A stretch of DNA of 64,000 nucleotides from Podarcis melisellensis (lineage: Eukaryota), in assembly GCA_964234715.1 (NCBI GenBank), contig OZ174276.1. The stretch is one strand, 5' to 3'. The position numbers and the translations under genes are program-made. The notes beneath the pieces are model-generated. The model worked only from the letters and a program-made list of their open reading frames with translations, was not told where the DNA came from and ran no database searches. Position 1 is the stretch's first letter; each line of letters begins with the position of its first letter. Below, one piece after another: positions 11,839 through 25,258 of this stretch.

Positions 11839-12364
11839 GTCTCAATTCTATTTTTCTTCCAGATAAGCCCATGGAGCTTGCAGTTTCACTCCACTCTGCT
11901 TTAATTTAATGTAAACTGACTGGTTGAAGCATTTCCTTCTCTCTCTCTTTTTGTGAGAGCAATATTAAAGGGATATTATGTGACAAGCAATGCTTTATGT
12001 TCGCGCCAGGGGAGGGGGAAACAGAGGAGTGGGTGGTTCTGATCTGAGCTGCACCTTCTCTTAAGGCAACACCTCCCTTCAGGTATGGTTTTGCAGCTCA
12101 GTTCTTGTAAACAATGGAGCTGGATTGTAGATTGTGATCCTCTGAGCTGGAAAGCTAGGGAGCCCTGAATGCACCCTTGCATTCTGATGCAAGAGTTTTA
12201 AAGCCTGATTTGTCTGTTCTGAAAAAAGAAGAAAGCTGCTAAGAGTGAAAACACAAATAAAACTTGCCAGACTATGCAACTGCCAACATGCAGAGGCTCT
12301 ATTTGTTTTTATACCACCCTCCATCAAAATGGATCCCAGGCCAGTTTACAAGGTTAACAATGTA

Positions 12365-12589
12365 CAGTGGTACCTCAGGTTAAGTACTTAATTCGTTCCA
12401 GAGGTCCGTACTTAACCTGAAACTGTTCTTAACCTGAAGACCACGTTAGCTAATGGGGCCTCCTGCTGCTGCCGCACCGCCGGAAACCAATTTCTGTTCT
12501 CATCCTGAAGCAAAGTTTTTAACCTGAAGCACTATTTCTGGGTTAGCGGAGTCTGTAACCTGAAGCGTATGTAACCTGAGGTACCACTG
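12365..12589. mobile_element. Tigger-like MITE, family A
   Basis: Same TIRs and interior as 371-612; left TA present. Confidence 0.92.
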
Positions 12590-12983
12590 TGTATGGTTCT
12601 TGGACACATTTTCTATTCCACTCTTCTGCTCAGCAGTTTGCAGTAATGACCATGCCACCATCCTGCAGCAAGCCTCAGGGAAGAATTAAGTTAGATGTTA
12701 TATTTCCAATTTGTTTTTACTTCATTTGACATCTGGGCATCACATCACCCCAAATCACCTCAGGACAGTGTCTAATATTCTAGGGTGCTCTCTTTGTATT
12801 AGGTATTAAGAGGTCAAAAATGTGGAGACATGGGGTAATATGAACATCCCCTGAATGAGTGTACAGGTTGCAGCAAGGAATCATCATCCTGCTCAACTCC
12901 TGTTTAGAGTTCCCCAAGCTGAGTGTGGGCACCAGAACAGTACAGAGAATGACAGATTCAATCTTCCTTCTCTGTGTGTAATA

Positions 12984-12985
<2 letters not shown>

Positions 12986-13043
<58 letters not shown>

Positions 13044-13411
13044 AGTGGTACGTCGGGTTAAGAAAATAATTCATTCTGGAGGTCCATTCTTAACCCGAAA
13101 CTGTTCTTAACAGCTAATGGGGCCTCCTGCTGCATGCCACACCGCTGCCACGCAATTTCTGTTCTCATCCTGAAGTAAAGTTCTTAATCTGAGGTACTAT
13201 TTCTCGGTTAGTGGAGTCTGTAACCTGAAGCATCTGTAACCTGAAGCGTCTGTAACCTGAGGTACCACTGTATATTGTTATTATTTATACCCTGCCCATA
13301 TGGCTGGCTTTCCCCAACCACTCTTAACGGCTCCCAACAGAATATGAAAAACACGATAAAACATCAAACATTAAAAACTTCCCTAAACAGGGCTGCCTTC
13401 AGATGTCTTCT
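12986..13411 (-). mobile_element. L2 LINE 3' end (same family as 2177-2439), tail split by a MITE
   Basis: 13275-13411 is the reverse complement of about 2262-2395. (TAA)n at 12986-13042 is its tail. Confidence 0.85.
13043..13270. mobile_element. Tigger-like MITE, family A, inserted in the microsatellite tail of an L2 end
   Basis: CAGTGGTAC...GTACCACTG with TA on both sides, lying between (TAA)n and the L2 3' body. Confidence 0.9.
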
Positions 13412-13550
13412 GTTTATACATGTTTGCATCAATTTCCCTATATCCAACAAACAGAGCTTGTTGTCTCTCACCTCACTGCCCCTGACCAGCATTCCCTGGT
13501 AACACTTTCAGCATAATATGAGCAACCTGACATTCTTCTTTCCCTTAAGT

Positions 13551-13753
13551 GAGCTTTCCAAGCTTTTCATGTTGGTGACACATTTTTTAGACAAGTATCA
13601 TTTCATGACACAGTAATTCAGTTTTACTAGCAAACCAGAGGTTAAACTAACCCCTTTCCAGCCCTGGGAGGAGCATAGGAAACATTGAAAGACATAACTA
13701 CACACTGCAGTCGACACAGAAATGTGTCGTGACGCACAGTTTGGAAAGCTCTG
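13551..13753. mobile_element. hAT MITE (TIR CAGAGCTTTCCAA)
   Basis: GAGCTTTCCAA...TTGGAAAGCTCTG, flanks CCTTAAGT / TCTTAAGT. Reverse copy at 31997-32196. Confidence 0.83.
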
Positions 13754-16700
13754 TCTTAAGTGTTTTATCTGTTTCTTAATCATGAGTGAACACTACAAAT
13801 GCAAGTGGAGATGACTGCCATGACATATAATTACTTGGCTCATGTTTTTCATTAACTGAACAAAGAAAAAAAAAATCTTTTTCTTCTTTTCGTTTTTGTT
13901 ATCTATGACCCAGGAGTGGGGGGTGGGGATCTGTTTTGCAACAAGAATTCTAACTTAGTCTGGAAACTGTCCAAAAATTGCCAATGCACTTAAATTTTAT
14001 TCTTGGAGACCATTTACGCCTTGTACCATTACAGCATTGGGGGGGGTGGAATCAATGAAGCCATTAATCTAGGTATATTTCATTTTCGAAATGCTGTAAA
14101 TTGAAGGCTAATCATTAAAAAGACTTTTTAACTAATCATCTCAGAAAAGGAGTGAATATTAAACTTTTCTGCTTGCCTGACCATTATTCAGTGGCAGTTT
14201 GTGACAGGTGTTTTAAATAATTATTAAGAAGCCACAGACACTTTTCAATAACACAGTTCTCTTATTGGCTGTGAGCAGTTGGGCTGTATTAGCTTCGCAC
14301 CCCAACATAACACTGGTTGGTCTAACATGAGAAAATATTAACAGCAGATTTATGCTGCTTTCTGAACTGATTCTTCTGATACTCTTTGTAGCACACACAT
14401 TTGCAATTCAGCCTCAAGAATGATAGGCTAACTTTTTCTAGGGTTCAGCAACTGCTTGTATGCATTTCTGAATTGTATGGTACATGGCAAATTCAATTCA
14501 ATTTTTAACTTGGTGTTTGGAGGCCCACAGACCAGTGCATGAGCGGCAATCAGCTTAGGGATTAACACTGTCTTCATGTGGCTTGTAGCAGCTAGGCAAG
14601 CTGAATCAGTGCCCGGCACTTGAAACATTTCAATTAGAAATGCTCTAAAAGGGATTCTTAGAACTTGATCCTGTGCATGTTCAATCCCACAGCAAATCCC
14701 ACAGTGTTTAATGAGGTTTACTCCCAACTTGGTTTGTGTGATATCAGAGCCAACCATGAAAACACGAGTTGCCCCTGACAGCCAAAAGAAGAAGAAAAAC
14801 ACCATGTGCTAGAAGCAGGATTTATTCAAGGTCTGATGTATTGCATTTTTAAAAATCTGATCTGTTTCTGAGTCACTCTGTACTCTTTACTCCGATCTGA
14901 GCAATTCTGTGTGCTCAAAGCTCTGTGTTCCTCATTCACTTTAACAGGAAATCTGAAAATAGCTATAATGTTTTTTCCCCATTTGGGCCAAAGTGGATGA
15001 AATTTATGGGCACAGAGACCCCTCCAGAGTGAAACAAACATATCAAATCACAGATAAATAGGTCTAGGGGCTTTTGTGGAGGAACCTTCTTCCATAATCC
15101 ATAGGAATTCAGTGCGTCATAAGCTACACAGACCTGCTCTAGAATCTGTTTTCCTAAAGGCAGGTGCCAATACCTATTTCCTTCAGAATGGGACTTTTTT
15201 TAGTATCATAACTGTTTAAAGCAGTATGGGTTCACTTCCCTTTACCCAAAAAGCCAATTACTGATCATTCTGAGGAAACACTACAGTCATTTATCACTAA
15301 AGCATTTTGTAAACGAATGGCTGTTGCCTTTTAATGGGCATGATGATCATCCTTGATTGCCCAATTGTATGTCTCCCGGTAAAGTCCCCCCCCCAAAAAA
15401 AACAACTCATAAAAGAAGCAATTTGCGCATGAGAAGCCTCCTCCACCCTTCAGCTAGGGAGGGAGATGGAAAGCTAAGCAATTAATTGTATCAATGTTAA
15501 AGAAAAAAATGGATGGGTACTCCTTAGCTTCTTTCTTTCTGCTAAAAATCAAGCAAAAGGAGATTTATAGTGTGTAGTGAGCTGTTATCTATTAGTTCCA
15601 GCTGTGGCTTCCACACAATTAAAGGTGTTCTCCTAATATAATGAATGAAACTCGAAGCAGTGCAGTGACTGTAGCATGTTTTTCTGTGGGTGTGAGATCT
15701 GTAACTGTTCTGTGTTCCTCATGTTTATTTGTTTATTGTTTATTTTAGGTATTCATTCAGTATTGATTGTAGTTGGAACATGTTTTAGGAAAGAAAGAGG
15801 AGGAGAAGGCTAGACTAGAGATCAGGAATGTCCCTGGATGATTTGCTGTGACTGAACATCATCTTTTACACTTCCACATAAGAAAATAATATTCTAGCAT
15901 GTATACCCTCAAAGACCTCAGCTCAGTCTTTAGGGTCAGTACAAGAACACTTCTGAATTAGGTCTAGGTCTATTAGATCTGCTGCCCAAGTTCACACAGT
16001 GAGCTTCACAGCTAAGATAAGGTTTGAACCTGGATTGCCAAAATCCAAGACCAATGTTTAATTACTGCACTTTGCTAGCTTCAGCTGGTATGATGATAAT
16101 ATGCAAATTGCAGTTTGCCTGTAACCCTAAACCATGGTTTAGTACAACTATGATGAGATTCAATAAGCCTGAGCAAAGCACTGGGCTTGCATACTTCCCT
16201 GCTCCCTTCTCCTCTTCCTGGGTACGCTGGGAGAACTTCTGCTAAGGTTATTTTCAATTTCAAAAAATCTCAGGTTGGAATCCCAGTTTTAAACAATGAT
16301 TAGTTAAAGGCCAACTTCATAACCACAGTTTGATTGGCTTGTTTAGCAATTGACCATAGTTTATTTAAAATAAGGATTCCTGGTTTGCATGTCATCCCAA
16401 CTGAGATATTTTTTGAAAGTGAGAGTAGTCTTGGCACAAATTCCTTCTTTTGGGCACAGGAGAGAAGGGAGGAGGGACAAGCACACAAGCCCATTCAGTA
16501 ATACCTTCTGAGATACAACCAGCACCAACTGCTGTCCATTTTAATTTCCAGCTGAAGGCATACTTATTCACCTAGGCTTTTTGCAGGATACTAGTTTCTT
16601 GAAGAACAGTTGTGAAAAGTGGTATTCTTTACTTTAACAAGCAAGCAGGTGAAAGGTATTTTATAAATAAATAAACAAACAAACAAACTAGTCAATTGAA

Positions 16701-19165
16701 TCTGAACCTTAGAATGTTATCATCATCATCAACAAACATCATCATTTATACCCCACACGTCTGGCTGGGTTTTCCCAGTTACTCTGGGCAGCTTACGGCA
16801 TATTAGAAATTGATTGTCAAAGAGATAAAAACTAAACTACCTGTTCTAGGCATGGTCAATCCATCTTTCTTTCTTAGAATGCAATCTCCCTTTTATAAGT
16901 CCTGTAAGAAACATTACTGCAGTACAATTACTTCATGGTATCTAGGACACATTGAAGGCAGCTCTCTTTTTCTACATTTCTTTTTGCCCAATGGGTATAT
17001 CTCCATTCACCTTTGTCTCTCAGTTATTTTAACAGAGCTTTAGCTTTCAGATGAGGGATTAACTGAAGGCCATACAATTAAGTCTCAGAACTGTTCCCAG
17101 AGTACTCATTATGATATAAGCTTATGATCCACTGCACAGTGGGTGTCTCTTTTTTAATACATAACTTTAGGTAAAAATTGATTTTTACATTTGCTCATCC
17201 ATGGTGTCTTGGGTTTTTGTTTTGTTACAGTGACATGCGGGGGGGGGGGCACCACTGGGCAGAAGAGAGCTTCAGATTACAGTGATTTAACTCACAGTGT
17301 CATCTTCTTCAGAAAAATCATGTTCTTCAACCTGTGCATTGATCATGGATTTTTACATTCTAAGGAGTCATAAATTACTTCAATGCTGTCTCACTTTTTA
17401 TTCTGAGCAGGATCGCAGCAGGTATCTTAAGAAAGACGTGCCATTAGAAAATAAGTATGATCATTCTCAACATTCTCTGCAGCAGGACAACTCCCAATCT
17501 GTCTTAAAAACAGAATTAGATGTGTTCATCCAGTCAGCAGCAGCAGCCTTCATCTTCTTTGTCATTTTCTACTATCACAACAAAGTGACTTTATACTACC
17601 TCCATCTGTTCAAATGTTTTGGACTTCAGCTCTTATCAGTCCCAACTGGAATGGCCAGTTGCCAGGGAAGATGGGAGTTCTAGTCCAAACATCTGGCTGG
17701 AGCCAGATGTTGGCTCTCCCTGCAAATATCTGCAAACAATTCTTCAGTTTTTCAGCCTGTGATATGCTGAAATCCACCTCTTAAATATATCAGTGCAGTA
17801 GGAGACAGCCCCTCCTCCTCCTTTTAATGATGAGCTCATTGTGGCAGCAGTGGCTGTGGCAATAGCAGAGATGGTTCTGTTCTTGGTGGCCAAGCCACCA
17901 GGAGCTGAACTGTGTCATTACTGCTGCTGCCACTAAAATAACAAGTGAAGATGTCTCAGCAATTGCTGAGAAAAGCCCCAAAGTACCACACACAAAATAA
18001 AATCCACTCATCTCTGCTCAGGGATCAGCATTTGTCCCCAGCCCATGAAATTTGGGTTGATCTTCATTCTAAGGCTCACTGAATCCAATGGGCTCAACCC
18101 CCCACTAAATATTGATGGAACTGCAGCCTAATGACCTATTATACTGGAATAACCCAGTTAAAACTTCCAGACCAATACTGTTAATCTTTTGGATGTTTCT
18201 GAAGGCATTTGTCCAGCATTATATAGTATTTTAAGCTTGGATGCAAACAAAATTTCATGACCCCTGCTGTGCCAGCATTCCCTTTCCCCACCCAACGGAT
18301 AAAGGGCTTTTTATTGCTAAAGTGCTCTCTGAAACAGCTTGGAAGACTCCATGCTGCCCTAATGTCAACATCTACCGCAGTCAAGAAGCTCCATGCCAGT
18401 AGGGTTAACCCAGGGCTTGGGCCAAATATCTCCATGCCCGAGTGAGAGTTATAATGAGGCTGAAGCAATTATAGCTCAATCAAGTTTAGAATGTGAAATG
18501 AATAAAATGACTCACTATGTTATGCCTGAGGATGCTGTCTGGAGAGTGGCTCTTGGCAGACACATGGATGAACCAGCAAGCAAAAAGAAAACAAGAATGC
18601 ATACTAATTTTGACATTTAAACAACCTCTAACAACACATCACTACAACCATTTAAAAAGGGGATTTCAAAAAAAAAGTTTTAAAAGCTCAGCCTATTGAA
18701 TCATCCGATAAATCTTGCATCTCCAAGACAGCTGTATTGGCAACACTGTGGCCAGCAATGGCATGATGAATTTGGAATAGACACTGCTCACTTTCATCTT
18801 CCTACGTCGTCTTAAGCCAGTTAGCCCAACACAATCAATCACAGCCTGCTTCTTTTCATTGCTGTGGCAGGCAATGTGATTCAGCCTAAGAAAGTGGAGT
18901 TGGATTTTCAGCTCGGCCTAGCAGCATCACAACTTGAATTGCAAACCATTGGCTGCTTATCTTGCTTGCATGACACACCTTCAGTTTCTATAATGATGGT
19001 GCTGATTTGGTTAGAGGCTTCCTCTCATATTGATACAATAAAATTAATTAAACAACCCAAACAACTAATTGAGCTAGAATGCATAAACTCACATGGTATG
19101 CATGCAAATAAACCACAAACTAGTCTTTTACTCTTTAATAAAACAAAGAGCCTTGTGTTTGGCCC

Positions 19166-19417
19166 TTGTTGTTTAGTCGTTAAGTCATGTCCGACTCTTC
19201 GTGACCCCATGGACCAGAGCACGCCAGGCATTCCTGTCTTCCACTGCTTCCTGCAGTTTGGTCAAACTCATGTTAATAGCTTTGAGAAGACTGTCCAAAC
19301 ATCTCATCCTCTGTTGTCCCCTTCTCCTTGTGCCCTCAATCTTTCCCAACATTAGGGTCTTTTCCAGGGAGTCTTCTCTTCTCATGAGGTGGCCAAAGTA
19401 CTGGAGCCTCAGCTCCA
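19166..19417 (-). mobile_element. Bov-B LINE 3' end fragment
   Basis: Reverse complement of the same 3' end as 44560-49830 (LRLQYFGHLMRREDSLEKTLMLGKIEG), with a (CAA)n tail. Confidence 0.93.
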
Positions 19418-19674
19418 TAATAATCAAATCTACGGTGTCATGAGTTGTCATAGGCAAGAGCCTACATTACCATATGCATGAAGAAAAGAAAAGAAAAAGA
19501 TGCTGGAAATATACAATTAGAGGATTAATCTGAATAAGATCTAGATGCAATATGAGGGTGGTGAAGGGGACACTGAGATTTTTTAAAAAATGAATAAACA
19601 CAGGCTGAAAGAAGAGATTCATTTGCAAGAGGTGAACAAGTCTATGAGAACAAATATTTTCTTAATGTGATTTT

Positions 19675-20105
19675 CACTGGCTGTCAATCTGCTACTGGGC
19701 CAAGTTCAAGGTTGTGGTACTAGCATATAAGGCCCTACACAGCTCAAGACCAGACTAGTCAAGAGACCTCCTTATCCCTTATATACCCAGTAGGTCATGG
19801 CATCCTGCAGGAGAGTTTCTCCCTAAAGTCTCCAAAATATCAGAAGCTGCAGTAACCCAGCTTTCAGTGTGGCTGCTCCTATTCTGTGGAACATCATGAG
19901 ATGCAGCAGGTGTTCCTGACCTGTAATTTTTGGTACAGCTTTTCTGGCTGGATAAAATGTCTCTGTCTTAGGAGTTCATTTTGTATTGTTTGAAAGCTAA
20001 TTTCTTTCTTTTTTGTATTGCTTTTAAAATTGTTTTGAGCTGTTTGAATTATGTGTTTATAAATCATCTTAAGGCACATGTAAGAGGCAATAACAATACA
20101 TAATA
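19675..20105 (+). mobile_element. Degenerate L2 3' fragment
   Basis: HWL...FKVVVLAYKAL-like (TTCAAGGTTGTGGTACTAGCATATAAGGCCCTA) and FSVAAP-LWN (TTCAGTGTGGCTGCTCCTATTCTGTGGAAC). Confidence 0.7.
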
Positions 20106-20647
20106 AGCCTTTCTGTTTGAGCTTTAGACCTCACATGAGTTCAGCTATGCTTGGGGAGAGCAGGGGCACACTGACCCTGGCCTTCCCCCACATCCCTTTC
20201 TGGCCTTGTGAGGGAGGGAGCAACCTGAAGTAGGGAGCTGGCTATATGCACACAGGCACCACACATGATTAAGGCTCTATTGCAGATGTTAATGTCGCAC
20301 AGCTTAAAGCAATGGGATGCATAAAAACTGACTTCTCTTGAAATGAAAATTCCTTTTGCCTCTAGATCTACAGTTCCCAGCACCCTTAACATACTACATT
20401 CCCCAGGATGCTTTGGAGGAATGAATGTGCTCTAAGTGTGCATTGTGTGCAGTCAGGCTTGCTAACGACTTGCTGCTACTGGATGGTTGCCCATATGCCA
20501 TAGAGTTGACTATTAGCAGTCTCCTCTCTAGTTAACACTTTTAGGTAATGGTATCTGCTTCCCAAGTTCAAGGGAATGAAACTACAGTACAATGTTGATA
20601 TTGCTCAGGTTGATATTTTCTGTTCAGGCATAATGCTGCAATGTAGC

Positions 20648-20672
20648 TTCTCTCTCTCTCTCTCTCTCTCTC
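20648..20672 (+). repeat. (CT)n microsatellite
   Basis: Directly visible. Confidence 0.95.
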
Positions 20673-20977
20673 GGCATTTTACTTGTTATGCCATAATCTC
20701 TAATGGGCAGTTATATCTTTCAAGGATGCTCCAAGCCTTTTAAGAGAATCTGTGGCATTCAGCTGAATCAAAAGCAAAAGGAGAAGAAATTTCACCTGGG
20801 TTTTGTTCAAAGCTAAGTCAAATATTTAAAAAGCACTCCTCTTTGCCTAAAATGGATTTGATATCACATCAAAACAACACATTGTACATTAAGGGGAAGT
20901 GAGATGTTACACAACAAGAATCCAGTAAACATACACAGACAATACATGCTCGGGACATGTCATTAGAATAGCTAAAC

Positions 20978-21125
20978 CAGGTGTGGGGAAACCTTTAACC
21001 CTTCAGATGTTGTTGGTGGTTCTGAACTGCAACTCACACAATTCCTGGCCATTGGCCATGCTTGCTAGGGCTGATGGGAATTGTAGTTAAGCAACATCTG
21101 GAGAGCCAGAAGATCTCCACCTCCA
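20978..21125. mobile_element. Palindromic hAT MITE (family related to 5447-5582)
   Basis: CAGGTGTGGGGAA..CAGATGTTG..CCATTGGCCATGCT..GATGGGAATTGTAGT..CAACATCTGGAG. Similar decayed copies near 2550-2686, 17595-17722, 24104-24199, 34582-34696, 38458-38592 and 62762-62885. Confidence 0.75.
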
Positions 21126-22229
21126 AGGTTAATGTTAAGGTAGAAAGTGAAGTCACAAGGATGCCCTCCCCTTTTTAAACTTGCAATGTGTTATGGAGAA
21201 TTAGAGGTCAAAATACGCCAGGGAAAATAACATGAAGATGAATGAAGCTACCGAGATTTGGACACAAAGTTCTCAAATAGTGTTATATGAATTCAAAATG
21301 ACCTAATTTTCAAATATTATTTATTATTGGGGAAAGCCCTATTTGTTTTGGCAATAGCTTTGTTACAAAAAAAAAAAAGTGTGTACGGTTCCATTGACTC
21401 CACTGCCTTGGCAGTATCAATCTCATGCCTGGCCAACACGTTCTCCTTTGGAAGTTGACTTCATTTTTCTGGGCAATTTATGTACACTTGCTATTTTGGG
21501 ATGGCACGTATTTAATCTTTTGAAAAAAATATAACCAAATGATCAACTAATTCCCCTCCCTGATTTCAGTTCCATTGGATTTCTTGGTGACAACTATGAG
21601 TCATAAAAAAAATTAAGTGCGTTCGGTGTCTTTCTTTGATTATCTGGCCACACTCCACTGCTATACCATCAAAACTGGAACAATGCACTTGCATCCTATT
21701 TCCATCTGAGAAAGAAGCAAGTCCAAGCAGCTGGGTCCCACCCACCCCCTTTAATACATTTTGAAGCAGAGTCGCAGCTGTTACTCTCTCTCTCAGCTAT
21801 TTTGTGTTACAATATTTGCTTTCTGTATAAATGTAGACTTTATACTTGCTTAAGCGTTGCTTTTATACCCTTACTGACGGATTGAGCTGGAATGATTCCT
21901 TCTATTTCAGTTAAAAGGGAGAGAAAGAGAGAAGACTCTTTCAGGCTGCAATACAAGGACACTGACAAGAGAATAAGCTCTGTTGTTGTTGTTTCTCGCC
22001 TTTGATTTTTGTCAGTAAAAAAACAACAGAATGGGTTCTGCAATATATATATATCGGTGTCAAAAGCCTGGGTAAAGAAGTACATCTTCAGCATGCAACA
22101 AAACTATATAATGAAGAAGCCAGGTGCACCTCTGCTTGGAGGGCATTCCACAGCTTAGGGGCTGCCACAGAGTAGGCCCTCTCCCAAGCCTCCACACACC
22201 TCCCCAACCTTCTGAGGGCAGTGGAATTG

Positions 22230-22488
22230 CCGTATTCTTCGCTCCATAAGACGCAGCAGACCAGAAGAATGCACCTAGTTTTTGGAGGAGGAAAACAAGA
22301 AAAAACATATTCTGAATCTCAGAAGCCAAAACAGCAAGAGGGATCGCTGCACAGTGAAAGCAGCGATCCCTCTTGCTGTTCTGGCTTCTGGGGTAGCTGC
22401 GTAGCCTGCATTCGCTCTATAAGATGCACACACATTTCCCTTACTTTTTAGGAGGGGAAAAGTGAGTCTTATAGAGCAAAAAATACGG
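22230..22488. mobile_element. Tc2/Kanga-like MITE with internal hairpin (reverse copy of 11137-11387)
   Basis: TIRs CCGTATTCTTCGCTCCATAAGAC and GTCTTATAGAGCAAAAAATACGG followed by TA. Hairpin at 22320-22390. Confidence 0.88.
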
Positions 22489-22580
22489 TACCAAGAGCCC
22501 ATCTCTGCCCATCTTAACACTTGACAGAGGCTGTAAGGAAGGAGGACTCAGTTTGTGTAGGACTTAGTTTGTTCCAGGGC

Positions 22581-22703
22581 TGCATTTTAAATTGCATTTT
22601 AAGCTGTATTTTAAATTGAGGTGTCCCCTCCTCCATTATATTTTTACAGGTGTTAGCCGCCCTGAGCCCGGCTCTGGCCAGGGAGGGCGGGGTATAAATA
22701 AAA

Positions 22704-22745
<42 letters not shown>
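22581..22745 (+). mobile_element. L2-type 3' end with (TTA)n tail
   Basis: AGCCGCCCTGAG...GGGCGGGGTATAAATAA then (TTA)n, flanked by CAGGGC on both sides. Confidence 0.7.
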
Positions 22746-22750
<5 letters not shown>

Positions 22751-24873
22751 CGGGATACTGAATCAAAAGCCAGACTTGAACCAAGGAGAGCCTTGTAAGA
22801 AGCACAGGGTACACATGTGAAAATGTGGGGGTTTTGTGTTTCATTTATATATATAAAAAAATTATCCAAGCCCCCTTTCTGCCAAGAATGGTGGATCGCA
22901 CACCCAGTCAATCAAATCATAACAACAATAAACAATTAACGTGGCAAAATCTGAAACGGCTAAGAACCACACAGAGTTAGCATGTGGCAAGTTCAAGGAT
23001 CATAAAAGGACTTGCTTGAAGAGATTCATTTTCAGAAGTCAACAAAAACCAACACTACCAATCAGCATTCTAAAGCAGGGCAGTTTTTGTGATCCATAAT
23101 AGTAATCTGTCTAATCTCTTAGCTGAAGTGTCATCTTGTGTCTGAGTCCTGGAAGTCCAGCTTCCTGCCTTGTAGGCCTTTTTCCACCTAGCTTAGGAGG
23201 GCGGAGCCCTGACTGACTCCAGCTACAAAAACTGAGTCTGCTGAAGATAATCTTGGGCAGGCTACTGATAGGAGTGGGGTTGCTGCTGTTGATGATTTTT
23301 AAATGTTTTTTGGGGGGAGGGTTTCATGATTGTTCGGTTTGGTTGTGCACATTTGATATTTTGTTTATTGCTTATGCCTTTTTGTTATATTTGTAGGTAT
23401 GTAATTTTTTATATACTGTAAGTCACTTTGAGGATGGTTTTAGTTTTGGAAAGGCGGCATACAAATAAAATGATTGATTGATTGAGTTCAATTAATCTAA
23501 TCACATTCTAGTTCGACCTTCCCTTCCCCTGTAATGTAGGATTTACCTTTTTATTTGCATTTGACTCCTATTAGGAAACTGGTCTTTTGTAAATAAAGAA
23601 CTCATTCAGGTAGTAATTTATAAAACCGAAGAAACCCACTCTCACATCACATTAATGAAGTTAATATTCTTCTGGCAGACTAACATCTTGTTATTGTGAT
23701 ATGCATGTCACCAGTACAAAGAAAGGTGACTAATCCATTTGAAACGGCGCTACACAGGATACTTCAATGTACTCTTCCTTAGCAACTGAACATTTTATCT
23801 TTTTAATCCTTAAAGAATTACAGGCCCACATCTCCCATTTTAAAGTCATGAATAATATTCAAAGCCTTTATTAATAAGCATAATAATTTTACAGCTCGGG
23901 GTTGAATTGCACCATCTATTATTCACCTTTCATGCATAGGATATCTAAAGTGGGTTGTCAACATTTAATGGCCTCAAGCATTTTGAACTTCATGTTAAAA
24001 GGATGGATAAAGTTCCTAATGAGCATTCCTGTCTTCTTGGTTGACACACAATCATATCACCTAGCTTAAATACCACTAATAATTCCTCCTAATATTTTGA
24101 ATACTAGCTCCCATCATTCCTTACCATTGGTCATGCCATCTGAGTCTGATAGGAGTTGGAGTCCAAAATATCTGGTGGGCACCAGATGGGAAAGGCTGAT
24201 ATTTGGAGCACCTTCCCTTCTCCCCGACCCTATTGAAAACAGTATGGGAGATCAAGCTGGGATCTGAACCAAAAATGTCATTCTTAATATACACACAATA
24301 CACATGAACTTTCATTCCTCTATCTTAGTCTTCAACTCGGATGAATGGCATCATGCTGTACTTATTTTCTGGCTGCCTTGATAATGGGTGGCAGAGACAA
24401 GCTAGGGCTCATACATAAAACATAAAGTGTTGTCCTAAATACACACACCAACGTTTATTCTGAGATCTCAAATCTCCAAGGCAAATATTGCATTGTAAGA
24501 TCTTGTATCTCTTTCTTGGTCTTCTCAAGAGTGAACGTGGGGCTCCAGCTTGTTTTTTGAACTTTAAAATAAGAATCATCGGCACACCAACATTCATCCT
24601 AATATCTCAGTGTTTGAGGGGCAGATCATGTCCCAACATTTGCTGTGTTTTAATTCCCCCCTTTTAAAAAATGGATGTAAACACCATGCTGGTATTTGGA
24701 CATAGAACGGTGCCCTGTTTTCTGATATCAAAATGTTCAACCAAGGCTTTTCAATGAATCCATTAACTTCCTTCCAAGTGTTTGTGTCCTGATTTCCCAC
24801 TTTGGGGTTTTCAGACCAATGAATAGAATGCCAAATAAGTGTGTGAAACCAAATGGGTAGTTTGACAGGACAT

Positions 24874-24900
24874 TATCATCATCATCATCATCATCATTAT
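24874..24900 (+). repeat. (ATC)n microsatellite
   Basis: Directly visible. Confidence 0.9.
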
Positions 24901-25013
24901 TTTTGTGGAGTCATTGGTGAAATGATCAGCATTTACTTTTGTATCCTTAAAGTGATGTTCTGGGATCAGTTCTTTGGAAACCCCTTCCTCTTTAAATAGG
25001 CCAGGTGCCTATA

Positions 25014-25258
25014 CAGTCATACCTCGGGTTGAATGTGCTTCAGGATGAGCGCGTTTGTTCAGGATGAGCGGAAGTAACGGAGCGCATTACTTCCAGGTTT
25101 CACAGCTTGTACAGATGCTCAAAATGACATCACGCACATGCCCAGAAGCATCGAAAAGTGACGCGCGCATGCGCAGACGTGCCGGCGCTAGTTACGTTTG
25201 CTTCTAGATGTGAACGGGGCTCCGGAACAGATCCCATTTGCATCTAGAGGTACCACTG
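25014..25258. mobile_element. Tigger-like MITE, CpG-rich family B
   Basis: Ends CAGTCATACCTCGGGTT and AGAGGTACCACTG, TA on both sides, GCGCATGCGC-rich interior. Confidence 0.85.

Noticed and set aside
11564-11872. ORFs with KEGR / PSFL repeats
   Set aside because: Translation of the (GGAA)n microsatellite.
19146-19464. AAGAGCCT repeated around the Bov-B fragment as a possible TSD
   Set aside because: Not flush with either element end, so it may be chance.
22592-22844. Poly-Tyr / poly-Asn ORFs
   Set aside because: Translation of the (TTA)n tail of an L2 end.
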